Assembly: GCF_009914755.1 (NCBI RefSeq)
Contig: NC_060932.1
Direction: 5' to 3' (one strand)
Length of the DNA stretch: 64,000 nt
Origin: the human T2T-CHM13v2.0 reference genome, Homo sapiens
Of the stretch, positions 61,371-64,000 are shown in pieces. Both the position numbers and the translations under genes were made by a program. Each line of letters starts with the position of its first letter. Position 1 is the stretch's first letter. The notes under the pieces are model-generated. The model was not told the origin of the DNA. It saw nothing but the letters and a program-made list of their open reading frames with translations, and did not search any database.

Positions 61371-64000
61371 GGGGAGGAGGCAGAGCAAGATGGCCAAATA
61401 GAAGCCTCCACCAATCCTTCTTCCTGCAGGAACACCAAATTGAACAACTTGCCATACAGAAAAGTACTTTCATGAGAAACAAAAACCATGTGAGTGATCA
61501 CAGTATGTGTTTTGAACTTCATATCACTGAAAGAGGCCCTGAAAAGGGTAGGAAAAATAGTCTTGCATTGCCAACACAACCCCTTCCCCATTCCCTGGCA
61601 GTGGCCCAATGGTGCCGAGACAGAACCCGTGCACTTGGAGGAGGAAGAGTGCAGTGATTGTGGAAACTGGCATGGGAACTCAGTGCTGCCCTGTAACAGT
61701 GGAAACCACCACCAGGCAGAACTCAGGCAGCACCCATGAAGGGATCATCTGGACCTGCCCTAGCCAGAGGGGACTCGCCCACCCCAGTGCTCAGAATGCA
61801 TTCTGGCAGACCTCATACCACGGGCTAAAGTGCTCTGCGGTCCTAAATAGAGCTGAAAGGTGGTCTAGGCCATAAGGACTGCCATTCCTGGGCAAGTCCT
61901 GGTGCTGTGCTGGGTTTGGAGTCAGTGGACATGGGGGGCATGTGACCTAGTGAGACACCAGCTAGGGTAGCCAATTAGAGTGCTTGCACCACCCCTTCCC
62001 GTAACCCCAGGCAGCAGAGCTCCAAAGAGACACCTTCCTTCTGCTTGAGGAAAGGAGAGGGAATAATAAAGAGGACATTGTCTTGCATCTCGGATACAAG
62101 CTCAGCCACAATAGCAATAGGACAGGCATCAGGCAGAGTCCTGAGGCCCCCATTCCAAGCTCTAGCTCCAGGATGACATTTCTAGACATACCGTAGGCCA
62201 GAAGGGAACCTGCTGCCTTGAGGGGAAAGACCCAGTCTTGGCAGGATTCATCACCTGCTGACTAAAGAACCCTTGGGCCCTGAAAAATCTGCAGTGGTAA
62301 CCAGGCAGTACTTGCTGTTGGCCTTGGGTGAGACCCAGTGCTGTACTAGCTTCAAGTGTGACCAAGCATATTTCCAGGTGTGGTGGCTACAAGGATAGAC
62401 TATTGCTTGAGAAAAGCAGAAAGAAGAATAAAGGAACTCTGTCTTGCAGCTTAGGTACCAGCTCAGCCACAGTGGGGTAGAGCATCATGTGGGCTCTCAG
62501 GGGTCCCAGATTCCAGGCCTTGTCTCTTAGATGGCATTTCTGGACCTACCTTGCGCCAGAGAAAAGTCCAGTGCCCTGATGAAAAAGTCCCAGGCATGGC
62601 AGCATTTACCAAATTGACTGAAGAGCCCTTGGGCCTTGAACGAATAACAGCAGGTAGCCAGACAGTACTTGCTGCATGCCTGGGGTGGTGGTGGCCATGG
62701 GAAGAGACTCCTATGCTTGTGCAAAGGGAAGGGGAGAATGGGAAGAACTTTGTCTGGTGGCTTGGGTGCCAGCTCAGCCACAGTAGAATAGAGTACCAGG
62801 TAGACTCCTAAGGTTTCCAGCTCCAGGCTCTGGCTCCTACATGGCATCTCTGAATGCCCCCAGGACCAGGGGGATCTTTCTACCCTGAAGGGAAGGATAC
62901 AGCCTAGCTGGCTTTGCCACCTGCTGACTGTAGAGGCCTAGGACCTTGAGTGAACCCAAGTGGTAGCCAGGCAGTGGTTACCGTGGGCCATGGACGAGAC
63001 CCAGTGCTATGCTGGCTTTAGGTCTCACCCAGTGCAGTAACAGTGGTAGTAGCCACAGAGGAGCTTGTGCAACACCTCCTGCAGCTCTAGGCAGCTCAGT
63101 GGAGAGAGAAAGACTCCATTTGTTTAGGAGAAAGTGAGGGAAGAGAACAAGAGGCTCTGCCTGGCAATCCAGATAATTCTACCGGATCTTACCCAAGATC
63201 ACCAAGGCAGTATCTCTTTGAGTCTGCAAGAGCCCATAGTGTTACTGGGCTTGGAACGCCCCCTAATCCAGATACAGCTGCGGTGGGAAAAAAAATTAGA
63301 TCACAATACTCAAGTGCTTCTGAATAACTGAAAAGTCTTCCCAAGAAGCGTGAGTACAAACAAGCCCAGACTGCAAAGACTACAATAAATACCTAACTCT
63401 TCAATGTCCAGACACTGACAAACATCCACAAGCATCAAGACCACCCAGGAAAACATGACCTCATCAAATGAACTAAATGAGGCACCAGTGAAAAATCCCT
63501 GTTCCACAAAGACAGACATATTGCGACCTTTCAAAAAGAATTCAAAGTAGGTGTTTTGAGAAATCTCAAAGAAATTCAAGATAACACAGAGAAGACATAG
63601 AGAAGGAATTCAAAATCCTATCAGATAAATATAACAGAGACTAAAATAAGTAAAAGAAATGAAGCAGAAATTCTGGAGCTCAAAAATGCAACTGACATAC
63701 TGAAGACAGCAGAGCCATTTAACATCAGAACTGATCAAGCAGAATTAGTGAGCTTTGAAGACAGGCTATTTGAAAATACACAATCAGAGGAGACAAAGGA
63801 AAAAAGAATAAAAAACAATGAAGCACACCTACAAGATCTAGAAAACAGCCTCAAAAGAGCAAATCTGAGAGTTATTAGCCTTAGGGAGTAGGTAGAGAGA
63901 GAAATAGGCATAGAAAGTTTATTCAAAGGTTGTGCAGGATCTGCATTTTATGCCAAAGAAAAAAAAAGTTTATTCAAAGGGATAATAACATAGAACTTCC
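61371..64000 (+). mobile_element. Ancient L1M (L1M1/L1MA-type) 5' UTR plus degenerate ORF1, running off the window
   Basis: Start gaggaggcagagcaagatggccaaatagaagcc (YY1 site); GC-rich 5' UTR; ORF1 from ~63455 (atgacctcatcaaatgaactaaat, gaaattctggagctcaaaaatgca, gatctagaaaacagcctcaaaagagcaaat). Confidence 0.9.
63930..63964 (+). mobile_element. 35-bp retroposed micro-insertion with A tail and 16-bp TSD
   Basis: aaagtttattcaaagg at 63914-63929 and 63965-63980 flanks ttgtgcaggatctgcattttatgcc + A-rich tail. Confidence 0.8.

Overview
Primate (very probably human) nuclear genomic DNA: AT-rich, CpG-depleted, with no CpG island and no intact protein-coding gene that I can recognise. The window is dominated by interspersed repeats. 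These include about 35 Alu/FLAM copies, L1/HAL1/L2/L3/MIR fragments, MaLR and MER21-like solo LTRs, and DNA-transposon relics. There is also a two-LTR MER34-like ERV1 provirus (30338-35104) nested in a Tc2/Kanga-like DNA transposon, and the 5' end of an ancient L1M (61371-64000). Nearly all ORF-track entries are repeat-derived or random. The most interesting non-repeat signal is at ~1190-6440 (+): a chain of phase-compatible exon-like segments with scattered stops and frameshifts whose translations repeatedly resemble RGS (regulator of G-protein signalling) domain helices. This is a candidate decayed multi-RGS-domain gene (unitary pseudogene). Other observations: a cluster of minus-strand exon-like segments at 44.6-47.2 kb (candidate lncRNA/sORF), a CTCF-like motif pair framed by an 18-bp direct repeat, a ~140-bp local duplication, and a 35-bp TSD-flanked micro-retroposon. 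Repeat subfamily names come from recalled consensus features, not from a database search, and boundaries of old repeats are approximate.
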